IMG/VR virus record: IMGVR_UViG_3300011432_000003
Location: 1 to 56,805 of that record
Strand: one strand, 5' to 3'
Source: a virus
Lineage: Duplodnaviria; Caudoviricetes
Length of the DNA: 56,805 nucleotides
The notes beneath the pieces were generated by a model. The model was not told where the DNA came from. It did not search any database and saw nothing but the letters and a program-made list of their open reading frames with translations. A program made the translations under genes and the position numbers. Within the stretch, counting starts at the first letter, position 1; each line of letters begins with the position of its first letter. Of the stretch, positions 9,228 through 16,768 are shown piece after piece.

Positions 9228-9557
9228 ATGCACCTTCTCTCCGGGCTCCATCCCGTACACGTGACGCCGGCCGGCGCGCCGGTGCACGTCTCCGCCGAGC
9301 GGCTGCTCGAGCTGGCTCGCTCGTGTCACAAGACGGCGCAGGCCTTCCGCCGGCTCGGGCAACCCGTCTCGGCCGCGCTCTTCGATATGCGCCGGGCGAT
9401 CCTGCTCGACGACGCGCGGCAGGCACGGCTCCGGCGGCCGCATGCGGCCCGGTGCGACGAGCGCGCCGGGTACGGCTTCCATGCCTGCGCGAAGGATCGC
9501 GGGCACCGCGGCGATTGCCGGTGCCGCTGCGGCGAGGCCTTCGGCGAGCCATTTTGA
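9228..9557 (+). CDS. Hypothetical protein with C-terminal Cys/His cluster
   Basis: Follows the upstream gene after 2 bp; C...HAC...H...CRCRC. Confidence 0.6.
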   Translation: MHLLSGLHPVHVTPAGAPVHVSAERLLELARSCHKTAQAFRRLGQPVSAALFDMRRAILLDDARQARLRRPHAARCDERAGYGFHACAKDRGHRGDCRCRCGEAFGEPF

Positions 9558-9624
9558 AGCAGGCGACACCTTAGCGAGCTCGCTCAACCTTCCCGGTGAG
9601 AAGCCGCTCCGGCCGCCGACTATC

Positions 9625-9694
9625 GGCCTTGCGCGATCGCGCAAGGCCGTTTAGTTTCCGGTCACACTCTCACACACTCGAGGTACTCACGATG
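9625..9694 (+). promoter_or_regulatory. Hairpin-promoter/RBS cassette, copy 2
   Basis: TTGCGC-17-TAGTTT inside GGCCTTGCGCGATCGCGCAAGGCC; 69/70 identical to copy 3. Confidence 0.88.
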
Positions 9695-10384
9695 CCCGCA
9701 ACGACGACGAAGACGAAGACGACGATCCGCGACCGGCACTACCCGCCGGCAGAGATCCGCGAGAACACGAAGGCGCGCCGCGCGTGGGTCGAGGCGAAGA
9801 TCGTCGAGCTGAAGGCGCAGCCGGACACGGATGCAAAGTCGGTGCAGTCGGGCAGCTATCAGCACGTCGTCGAGTACGCGCTCACGAAGGTTGCGGCCCG
9901 TGTGCAGATCCGCGGGACGTGCCAGTTCTGCGCGAATGAGCAGGCGCTCGAGAACGGCCTGCTCGTCCTGCACGGGTACACGCGGCCCGGCGACGGATAC
10001 ATCGAAGGCCGTTGCGCCGGCATGCACGGGCAGCCGGCCGAGATCTCGATCGACGACGCGAAGCGGTACGTCGGCTCGCTCCGGACGCAGGCGACGCAGG
10101 AAGAGCAGAAGCTCGCCGAGCTCGAGGCCGAGATGATTACGCTCGGCGAGTGGGCATACGACGTCTCCCGCGGCCGCAAGGCGCCGACGGTGAACATCTA
10201 CCGGCTGCGCTCCGCGCTCCGCGGCGGCTTCAAGCGCCGGAGCGAGCTCACGGCCGCCGAGACGCGGGCGATCGAATTCGACCGGATCGAGAACCTGATT
10301 CCGGCGCTCCGCGGGCAGGCGAAGACGATCGAGACGCACGTCTTCCCGAAGCTCGGCGGGAAGCTCCGCGAGGTTCTAATCTGA
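9692..10384 (+). CDS. Hypothetical protein (CxxC...HGY...C motif, coiled coil)
   Basis: Start at the cassette ATG; GTCQFC...LHGYTRP...GRC. Confidence 0.8.
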   Translation: MPATTTKTKTTIRDRHYPPAEIRENTKARRAWVEAKIVELKAQPDTDAKSVQSGSYQHVVEYALTKVAARVQIRGTCQFCANEQALENGLLVLHGYTRPGDGYIEGRCAGMHGQPAEISIDDAKRYVGSLRTQATQEEQKLAELEAEMITLGEWAYDVSRGRKAPTVNIYRLRSALRGGFKRRSELTAAETRAIEFDRIENLIPALRGQAKTIETHVFPKLGGKLREVLI

Positions 10385-10409
10385 CGGCTCCGGATCCCGA
10401 TCCTCTCGA

Positions 10410-10479
10410 GGCCTTGCGCGATCGCGCAAGGCCTTTTAGTTTCCGGTCACACTCTCACACACTCGAGGTACTCACGATG
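10410..10479 (+). promoter_or_regulatory. Hairpin-promoter/RBS cassette, copy 3
   Basis: TTGCGC-17-TAGTTT; leader CACTCTCACACACTCGAGGTACTCACG-ATG. Confidence 0.88.
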
Positions 10480-10785
10480 TACGCCTGCGCGACGCTCCCG
10501 AACGGCTTCCTCGTCGGCTCCCGCTTCACGTCCGCGGCGACGCTCACCGATGCGCAGGACGCGATCCGGAAAGTCCTCGCCGCCGCCTTCCCGCATTGCC
10601 GCATCTTGTCGCCGCGCGATGCGTGGACGTCCGACGTCGTCCTCGTCGAGTGCTTCCGCTCCCGCTCGACGTGGGGCGTGAGTCGCGCCGGCGGCGAGTT
10701 TGAGACGTGGGCCGTCGAGCTGCGGCCGCAAGGCGGCGTGATCCCGGTCCGCACGAGCAGCGACAACACGCTCGGGGGATTCTGA
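10477..10785 (+). CDS. Hypothetical protein
   Basis: Start at the cassette ATG (MYACATLPNG...). Confidence 0.7.
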   Translation: MYACATLPNGFLVGSRFTSAATLTDAQDAIRKVLAAAFPHCRILSPRDAWTSDVVLVECFRSRSTWGVSRAGGEFETWAVELRPQGGVIPVRTSSDNTLGGF

Positions 10786-10787
10786 CG

Positions 10788-11588
10788 ATGACGACGATCA
10801 CCGCAGAGAAGAGATGGACGGAGCGCCTCGAGCGATGGGTCACGCCGCGCGACGTCTTCCGGCCTGACGGCTTCGCCGTCGACGTCCTGCGCGATCGGGA
10901 CGCGAAGGCCTTCGTCACGCGCGAGCACTATTCCGGGACGTATCCGGCCGCGCGCTGCGCGATCGGCCTCTTCCTCGAGAAGTCCCTCGTCGGCGTCGCC
11001 GTCTTCTCGGTGCCGGCGAACGCGCGCGTCCTGCCGCACTACTTCGGCGAGGACGTCAACGCCGCGGAGCTCGGGCGCTTCGTGTGCGCGCCGTGCGTCG
11101 GGTACAATGGGGAATCATGGTTTCTCGCGCGCGCCTTCCGCGCGCTGCGGGAAGTGAAGCAGATCGTCGGCGTCCTCTCGTATGCGGATCCGCTCGAGCG
11201 CACGACGGCCGACGGTGAGATCGCGAAGCGGGCGCATTGGGGGACGATCTATCAGGCGAGTAATGCACGGTACGTCGGCCGCGCGGAGCCGCGGACGCTG
11301 CTCGTCACCGCGGACGGCCGAGTGATCTCGCCGCGCGCCTTGTCGAAGATCCGCAATGATGAACGCGGCGCACGGTACGCGGCCGCGCAGCTCGAGGCCT
11401 TCGGAGCGCCGGCCCGTGCCTTCGGTGAAGAGCCGGCGGCGTGGGTAACGCGCGTCTCGAGCGGCTTCCGTAAGATCCGGCATCCGGGGAATCTCGCGTA
11501 CGTTTTCGGCCTCACGCCGGCGATCCGCACGTCGATTGACGTGCAATGGGGCGCCGGGCAACCCTACCCAAAAGCGAAGGCAGCATGA
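10788..11588 (+). CDS. mom: Mom-family (GNAT-fold) DNA adenine modification protein
   Basis: Motifs FVTREHYS, ELGRF, NGESWFLA, SYADP, HWGTIYQASNARYVG match phage Mu Mom-like proteins. Confidence 0.75.
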   Translation: MTTITAEKRWTERLERWVTPRDVFRPDGFAVDVLRDRDAKAFVTREHYSGTYPAARCAIGLFLEKSLVGVAVFSVPANARVLPHYFGEDVNAAELGRFVCAPCVGYNGESWFLARAFRALREVKQIVGVLSYADPLERTTADGEIAKRAHWGTIYQASNARYVGRAEPRTLLVTADGRVISPRALSKIRNDERGARYAAAQLEAFGAPARAFGEEPAAWVTRVSSGFRKIRHPGNLAYVFGLTPAIRTSIDVQWGAGQPYPKAKAA

Positions 11589-11812
11589 CACAAGACAACG
11601 ACACGGCGCCGCCGTCCCGGCGCGCCGCCGCGCAGCTCGAGCGCGCGGAACGCATGAAGCGGATCGAGCAGGCGTATCTCGCGGCGCAAGTCGACGCGGG
11701 CATTCCGTCCGGGAAGCTCTTTCCGTTCCGGATCCTGCCGCCGCACGAGCGGAAGCTGCTCGAGCGCTTCGCCGTCCGCATCGAGGAATCACTCGAGGGC
11801 GCCGGCGAATGA
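11585..11812 (+). CDS. Hypothetical protein
   Basis: ATGA overlap. Confidence 0.6.
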   Translation: MTQDNDTAPPSRRAAAQLERAERMKRIEQAYLAAQVDAGIPSGKLFPFRILPPHERKLLERFAVRIEESLEGAGE

Positions 11813-12021
11813 TCTTCCTCATCAATGAATGGCCGGCGCATTGTCCGAAGTGCGGCGAAGAGCGCGGCACGCCGCGAGACGTGCACGCGCGCTCGGACTT
11901 TTTCGCCGGCTGCTCGCACTCGTGCAAGTGTGGGGCGAAGTGGCAATTCGTCGAGACGGCGACGCTCGTCGAGACGACGAAGGCGACGGGCGGCGATCTG
12001 CATCAGTACGTCGACCGATGA
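11809..12021 (+). CDS. Small zinc-ribbon protein
   Basis: CPKCG...CKCG; ATGA overlap. Confidence 0.65.
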   Translation: MIFLINEWPAHCPKCGEERGTPRDVHARSDFFAGCSHSCKCGAKWQFVETATLVETTKATGGDLHQYVDR

Positions 12022-12524
12022 GCGGCGGCCGTGCGTGCGCCTGCGCGAAGGATCGGCGCGATTGGGTCGTGCTCACGCGCGAGGGGAATCATTCAAAATT
12101 CAACGGGCGCCGGTTCCAGAGCTCCGCATACTCGGCGATCCGGTGCCTCACGTGTGCGGCCGTCTGGCGCACGCGCGCGGACTACGTCGCCGGGCTCCGG
12201 GATGCCTCGACCGACGAGCGCCGGCTGCCGGTATCCGATCTCTTCCGCGGAGCATGGACGTGTCCCGTGTGCGGCGCCGAGCGTCGCGGCCGCGGGCAGG
12301 CGTACGCGATCGACGTCGGCCGCGGCGTGACGTATCTCGGCCGCGAGGGAATGATCGTCCTCGAGGCCGGCGACTTCGTTTGCTGGTATCACGAGTCGAT
12401 CGAGCGGGAGATCCGCCGGCTCGAGCTCATCGTCGACGCCGGCGACGCCGCGGATCCTGACGAGCTGCAGCGGGAGCTCGCACGGCTGCGGGCAGGCCTT
12501 GCGCAATCGCACAAGGCCGACTAG
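12018..12524 (+). CDS. Zinc-ribbon hypothetical protein
   Basis: CAC, CLTC, CPVC; its stop TAG coincides with the -10 of cassette 4. Confidence 0.65.
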   Translation: MSGGRACACAKDRRDWVVLTREGNHSKFNGRRFQSSAYSAIRCLTCAAVWRTRADYVAGLRDASTDERRLPVSDLFRGAWTCPVCGAERRGRGQAYAIDVGRGVTYLGREGMIVLEAGDFVCWYHESIEREIRRLELIVDAGDAADPDELQRELARLRAGLAQSHKAD

Positions 12525-12561
12525 CTTCCGGGTACACTCTCACACTGAGGCTCACGTTATG
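12495..12561 (+). promoter_or_regulatory. Hairpin-promoter/RBS cassette, copy 4
   Basis: GGCCTTGCGCAATCGCACAAGGCC, 17-bp spacer, TAGCTT, then ACACTCTCACACTGAGGCTCACGTT-ATG. Confidence 0.85.
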
Positions 12562-13029
12562 GACTCTGCTACGCTCTCCGCCTTCGACGCCGCGCGCGAG
12601 AAGGCAAACCTCGTCGGCCGCCGGTATGCGATCGTCGCCGTCGACTTCCGACTCGGCCGGATCGGCGTCGACGAGTACCTCGTCGCACGCGCCGAGCGCG
12701 ACGCCGTCGAGCTCGAGTACGATCTCGCAGAGGCGGCCGTCTGCCGCGAGCAGGCGGAGATCGAGGCGCACGAGACGCCGGCAGAGGCGCCGGCGCCGTC
12801 GATCGCGCAGCGGCTCCGGTCCGTCGTCGCCTTCGCGATCGAAGAGCGCTCGACGCATATCCGCAACGGTGCGGATGCGTACGACGACGTCGCCGCCGTT
12901 CTGTATGACGTGTACCTCGATTGCACGCGCCTTGCCGGCCGTCTCGAGCGCGTCGACGAGCAGCGCGCACAGATCCTCGCACGCGCGCGCCGCGCGGCGG
13001 AACGGAAGACGAAGGCGGCCGCGCGATGA
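12559..13029 (+). CDS. Hypothetical helical protein
   Basis: Start at the cassette ATG. Confidence 0.7.
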   Translation: MDSATLSAFDAAREKANLVGRRYAIVAVDFRLGRIGVDEYLVARAERDAVELEYDLAEAAVCREQAEIEAHETPAEAPAPSIAQRLRSVVAFAIEERSTHIRNGADAYDDVAAVLYDVYLDCTRLAGRLERVDEQRAQILARARRAAERKTKAAAR

Positions 13030-13529
13030 AGTTTGTCGTCGACGACGGCGGCCGGGCCGCCGCGGGATTCAAGGGCTCGACGCGGGACTGCGTCGCACGC
13101 GCGATCGCGATCGCGTCGGGCCGGCCGTACCTCGAGATATACGACGCGCTTAACGCGCGCTCGAGCGGCGAGCGGCAGACAGTGCGCACGCGCCGCGACG
13201 GCCGCCGGCAGTTTGTGCGCGGCTCGTCAGCGCGTGACGGCGTGCTCACGTCGCGGAAGTGGTTCCGGGAATACATGCAGACGCTCGGCTTCCGATGGGT
13301 CGCGACGATGCGCATCGGCTCCGGCTGCACGGTGCATCTTCACGACGGCGAGCTGCCGGCCGGCCGGCTCGTCGTGAGCGTCTCGAGGCACCTTACGGCC
13401 GTGATCGACGGCGTCGTGCACGATACGCACGATCCGCAGCGCGCGACGCTGCACTATCACGGCGCCGAGCTGCTCCGGATCTCGCGCCGTTGTGTGTACG
13501 GGTATTGGATCCTCGAGGCGTCGGCGTGA
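13026..13529 (+). CDS. Conserved-looking phage hypothetical protein (DCVxRA...HLxAVxDG...DxxD)
   Basis: DDGGRAAAGFKG, DCVARAIAIA, HLTAVIDGVVHDTHD; a Cys-His-Asp triad is possible. Confidence 0.75.
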   Translation: MKFVVDDGGRAAAGFKGSTRDCVARAIAIASGRPYLEIYDALNARSSGERQTVRTRRDGRRQFVRGSSARDGVLTSRKWFREYMQTLGFRWVATMRIGSGCTVHLHDGELPAGRLVVSVSRHLTAVIDGVVHDTHDPQRATLHYHGAELLRISRRCVYGYWILEASA

Positions 13530-13885
13530 GCGCGCTCTTCCGCCGCGGCCTCGAGCGGCTCGCGCTCGTCGAGTCGAAGCACGGCGAGCTCACGGTGATT
13601 TCGTGCGCGCTCTGCGCAACGCAATGGGAGCGCACGAAGGATCTCGGGCCGACGGCGACGCGCAACGCACGGCAACTCGCCGGATGGCACGCACTCGAGC
13701 ACGAGCGCGCCGGCGAGAAGTCTCCGGCGTTCCTCGAGGCCGAGCGCGCGGCGATCGTCGCGGAGCTCGAGCAGGCGCGCACGAATTACGAGGACGTTAT
13801 CCGGGATCCGGAGTCGGCCGACAAGCGGGATCTCGCATGGAGTCGCCTCGAGCGCGCGCAGGCGGCCGCACGCGAGGCCGTATGA
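13526..13885 (+). CDS. Hypothetical protein (CxxC...HxxxH)
   Basis: GTG start overlaps the previous stop. Confidence 0.6.
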   Translation: MSALFRRGLERLALVESKHGELTVISCALCATQWERTKDLGPTATRNARQLAGWHALEHERAGEKSPAFLEAERAAIVAELEQARTNYEDVIRDPESADKRDLAWSRLERAQAAAREAV

Positions 13886-14343
13886 GCGACGACACGCGGC
13901 CGCGGATCCTCGAGGTATACACCGGCGAGGATCTCGGGCCGGCCGATCCCTCGAGGATCCGCGACGTCCCGATCGACGACGGGTATCTCGGCGACAAACC
14001 GAATCCCGTCTATCGCGGCCTTCCGCACGTGTGGCTCTTCATCGACGAGCACGGCGAGATCCGGCACGTCGGCGGAAAGGGCGCGTCCGAAGTCGACGCC
14101 GACGATAAAGACGCGGTGCACCGGGCGATCTATGAACGCACGCGCCGGCGGAGCCCGGACGGGATCGGCTCGGGCGGCGTCACCTTGCGCGCGGCGACAA
14201 GGGAGCCCATAATGCCGAAGCCGGCCGCGGATTGCTCCGGGCCGGCTTTCGGGGCGGCGCTCTCACACGCCGACTCACGAGAGGACGCTCACGACGCCGC
14301 TCGCTCTCACGAAGGTAATCACTCACGCTCACCGGACAACCGA
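13882..14343 (+). CDS. Hypothetical N-terminal ORF segment reading in frame into Gp157
   Basis: ATG 13882 overlaps the upstream stop; no stop codon before ATG 14344. Confidence 0.45.
14183..14213 (+). promoter_or_regulatory. Degenerate cassette-type promoter for the gp157-bet-ATPase operon
   Basis: CC-TTGCGC-GCGGCGACAAGGGAGCC(17)-CATAAT; followed by a hairpin (about 14215-14252) and a CTCAC-rich leader. Confidence 0.65.
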
Positions 14344-15135
14344 ATGACAACCGCAGCGAAGCCGAAGGCCGACGTCGTCGACGCCGGCAGTATTACGACG
14401 ATCGGGCCGGAGTCATCGCGGCCGGTCCTCACCTTGTACGATCTCTCCGATCGGCTGCTCGCGATCGAGGCCTTTATCGACGAGAACGCCGACGCGATCA
14501 TCGCGGCGAAGGGAGATCTCGACGCGATTCCCGGCCTCGTCGAGCAGCTCGAGCAGCTCGAGGGCGCTTTTTCGGCGAAGGTCGAGCGCGTCGCGCTCTT
14601 CATCGAGAACCGGAGCGCGATCGAGCAGACGCGCCGCGCGCAGGCGCAGCGCTTCGCGCATCTCGCCGACACGGATAAGAACGTCGTCGCGAGCCTGAAG
14701 GCGTACCTCGTGCGGTGCCAGCGACGCGCCGGGCAGATCAAAGTCGAGACGGCCGCGATCATCTCGCGCGTGCAACGCAACTCGCAGCAATCGATCGACC
14801 GGAAGGCGGACGCCGAGCCGCTCGAGATCATCCGCGACTCGGCGAGCTGCGGCTTCCTGAGTCTCCCGGAGATGAGCGACGACGCCGACGAATTCCGGGC
14901 CGCGGTCGTCGCGTGCATCGAGAAGGAAGTCCCGCCGCCGCTCTATTCGCTCAACCGGGAGAAGATCCTCGAGATCTGGCACGCAGCGTACGCGCGATCG
15001 AAGGCGGCACCGAAGCCGGGGAAGCTCTCCGATTACGACGCCGACGTATTCGATCAGGCCGCGGCGAATGGCGATCCCGTCCTGCGCGCGCTCGGCGTTA
15101 CGGTGACGCAAGGCTATCACGTCCGCTTGAAGTAG
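14344..15135 (+). CDS. Siphovirus Gp157-family protein
   Basis: LYDLSDRLL...LEGAFSAKVERVALFIEN...VASLKAYL...KVET...; ends GYHVRLK; next to the recombinase. Confidence 0.75.
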   Translation: MTTAAKPKADVVDAGSITTIGPESSRPVLTLYDLSDRLLAIEAFIDENADAIIAAKGDLDAIPGLVEQLEQLEGAFSAKVERVALFIENRSAIEQTRRAQAQRFAHLADTDKNVVASLKAYLVRCQRRAGQIKVETAAIISRVQRNSQQSIDRKADAEPLEIIRDSASCGFLSLPEMSDDADEFRAAVVACIEKEVPPPLYSLNREKILEIWHAAYARSKAAPKPGKLSDYDADVFDQAAANGDPVLRALGVTVTQGYHVRLK

Positions 15136-15298
15136 GACGATGGGAGAGCACGCCGAGCAGCAGAGTGACGACGGCCTCGAGGCGCTCGCCGCGCATGCCG
15201 CCGGCGAGTGTGAGGGACCGTGTCCATATTGTGACGAGGAAGATCGGGCCGAACGGGCAGCGGAACGCAAAACTAGACACGCTCCAAGGGGGCGCAGC

Positions 15299-16768
15299 AT
15301 GACACAAGAGACGCACACGACGACGGCCGTCGAGACGCCGCTCGATCCCGCACTCGAGATCTCGAGCGTGCCGAATGAGTCGGCGATGCCGGTCCCGGTG
15401 AAGCCGCCGGCGCCGAACGGCGATGCACTCCCGCCGGAGCTCCCGCCGCACGAAGCGGCCGAGCAGGCGGATCTCAACCGATGGACGCCGGCGCAGATCC
15501 AACTCCTGAAGGACACCGTTTGCCGCGGCGCGACGGATGACGAGCTGCGGCTCTTTCTCTACGTGTGCCAGCGGCGCCGCTTGGATCCGTTCACGAAGCA
15601 GATACACGCGATCAAGCGCCGGGTAAAAGAGGGCTCACGCTGGCGCGACTCGATCACGTTTCAAACCGGGATCGATGCCTTCCGGCTCGTCGCCGATCGG
15701 ACCGGGAAGTATCTCGGGCAAGCGCCGTTTGAGTGGTGCGGTGAGGATGGCGTATGGCGTGACGTGTGGCTTTCGAAGGACGCACCGAAGGCCGCGCGCT
15801 GCACGATCTATCGCGAGGGATTCCGGGAGCCGATCCGGGCCGTCGCGCTCTTCGACGAGTACGTGCAGACGGTCGACGAGTACAAGCGACAAGAGCAGGC
15901 GCCGGGCGAATTCGCCGACGTCAAGACGGGCCGCGAGGTTCCTAACGCGATGTGGACGCAGCGGCCGGCCGGGCAGCTCGCGAAGTGCGCGGAAGCGCTC
16001 GGCTTTCGAATGGCCTTCCCGGAAGAGCTCTCCGGGCTCTACACAAATGACGAGATGGGACAAGCGGATAATCCGTCGAAAGGCGCGCAGCGCGTCGGCG
16101 TCGATAGCGGGCAAGGCGATAGCATGAATGGGCGCGCCGGCGGCGAGACGCCGAGCTGCCCGAAGTGCGGCGGCGAGATGTGGGACAACCGCGAGAAAAA
16201 GCGCAGTCAAAAGGGATGGGCGACGGCGCCGGACTTCCGGTGCAAGAATAAGAACGGCTGCACCGGCGAGATCGCCGACATAGCAAACCCTCAACGGCCG
16301 GCGGAGCAGACAGCGAACGGGCCGAGCTCCGCCGGCTCGGCCGCTCCGCGATCCGACGCGCCGACAAGCGGCAGCGCGAGCAGCTCGAGCTCGGGCCGCG
16401 CGGCGTCGACGCCGGACACGAGGCCGACGTCGGAGAAGTCTCCCGGCTCTTCGACGAATTCCGCGAGCAGCGGCTCCGGATCCTCGAGCGCGACGGATAC
16501 GATCCCGACGTCGACGATCACGCGTGACGCGGTGATCGATTGGGGGCTCGGGAAGTTTTCCGTCGTGCAGGGGAAGCGGATCAAAGATCTCCGATGGGAG
16601 CAGCTCGACTACTTCATCCGCAATCGGCCGAGCGTGCTCCCGGCGGGATGGCTCGAGGCGATCGCGAAAGAGAAGGCGCTGCGCGAAGAGACGGGCGGCG
16701 ATGAGCGCGACGAGGACGACGGCGGCAGCATGCAAGGCGGCGATCCGTACACCGGCGCCGGCGCATGA
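15299..16768 (+). CDS. bet: Bet/RecT-family single-strand annealing recombinase with C-terminal Zn ribbon
   Basis: TDDELRLFLYVCQRRRLDPFTKQIH, TGIDAFRLVADRTGKY, WTQRPAGQLAKCAEALGFRMAFP, GLYTNDEM; alternative start 15140. Confidence 0.9.
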   Translation: MTQETHTTTAVETPLDPALEISSVPNESAMPVPVKPPAPNGDALPPELPPHEAAEQADLNRWTPAQIQLLKDTVCRGATDDELRLFLYVCQRRRLDPFTKQIHAIKRRVKEGSRWRDSITFQTGIDAFRLVADRTGKYLGQAPFEWCGEDGVWRDVWLSKDAPKAARCTIYREGFREPIRAVALFDEYVQTVDEYKRQEQAPGEFADVKTGREVPNAMWTQRPAGQLAKCAEALGFRMAFPEELSGLYTNDEMGQADNPSKGAQRVGVDSGQGDSMNGRAGGETPSCPKCGGEMWDNREKKRSQKGWATAPDFRCKNKNGCTGEIADIANPQRPAEQTANGPSSAGSAAPRSDAPTSGSASSSSSGRAASTPDTRPTSEKSPGSSTNSASSGSGSSSATDTIPTSTITRDAVIDWGLGKFSVVQGKRIKDLRWEQLDYFIRNRPSVLPAGWLEAIAKEKALREETGGDERDEDDGGSMQGGDPYTGAGA

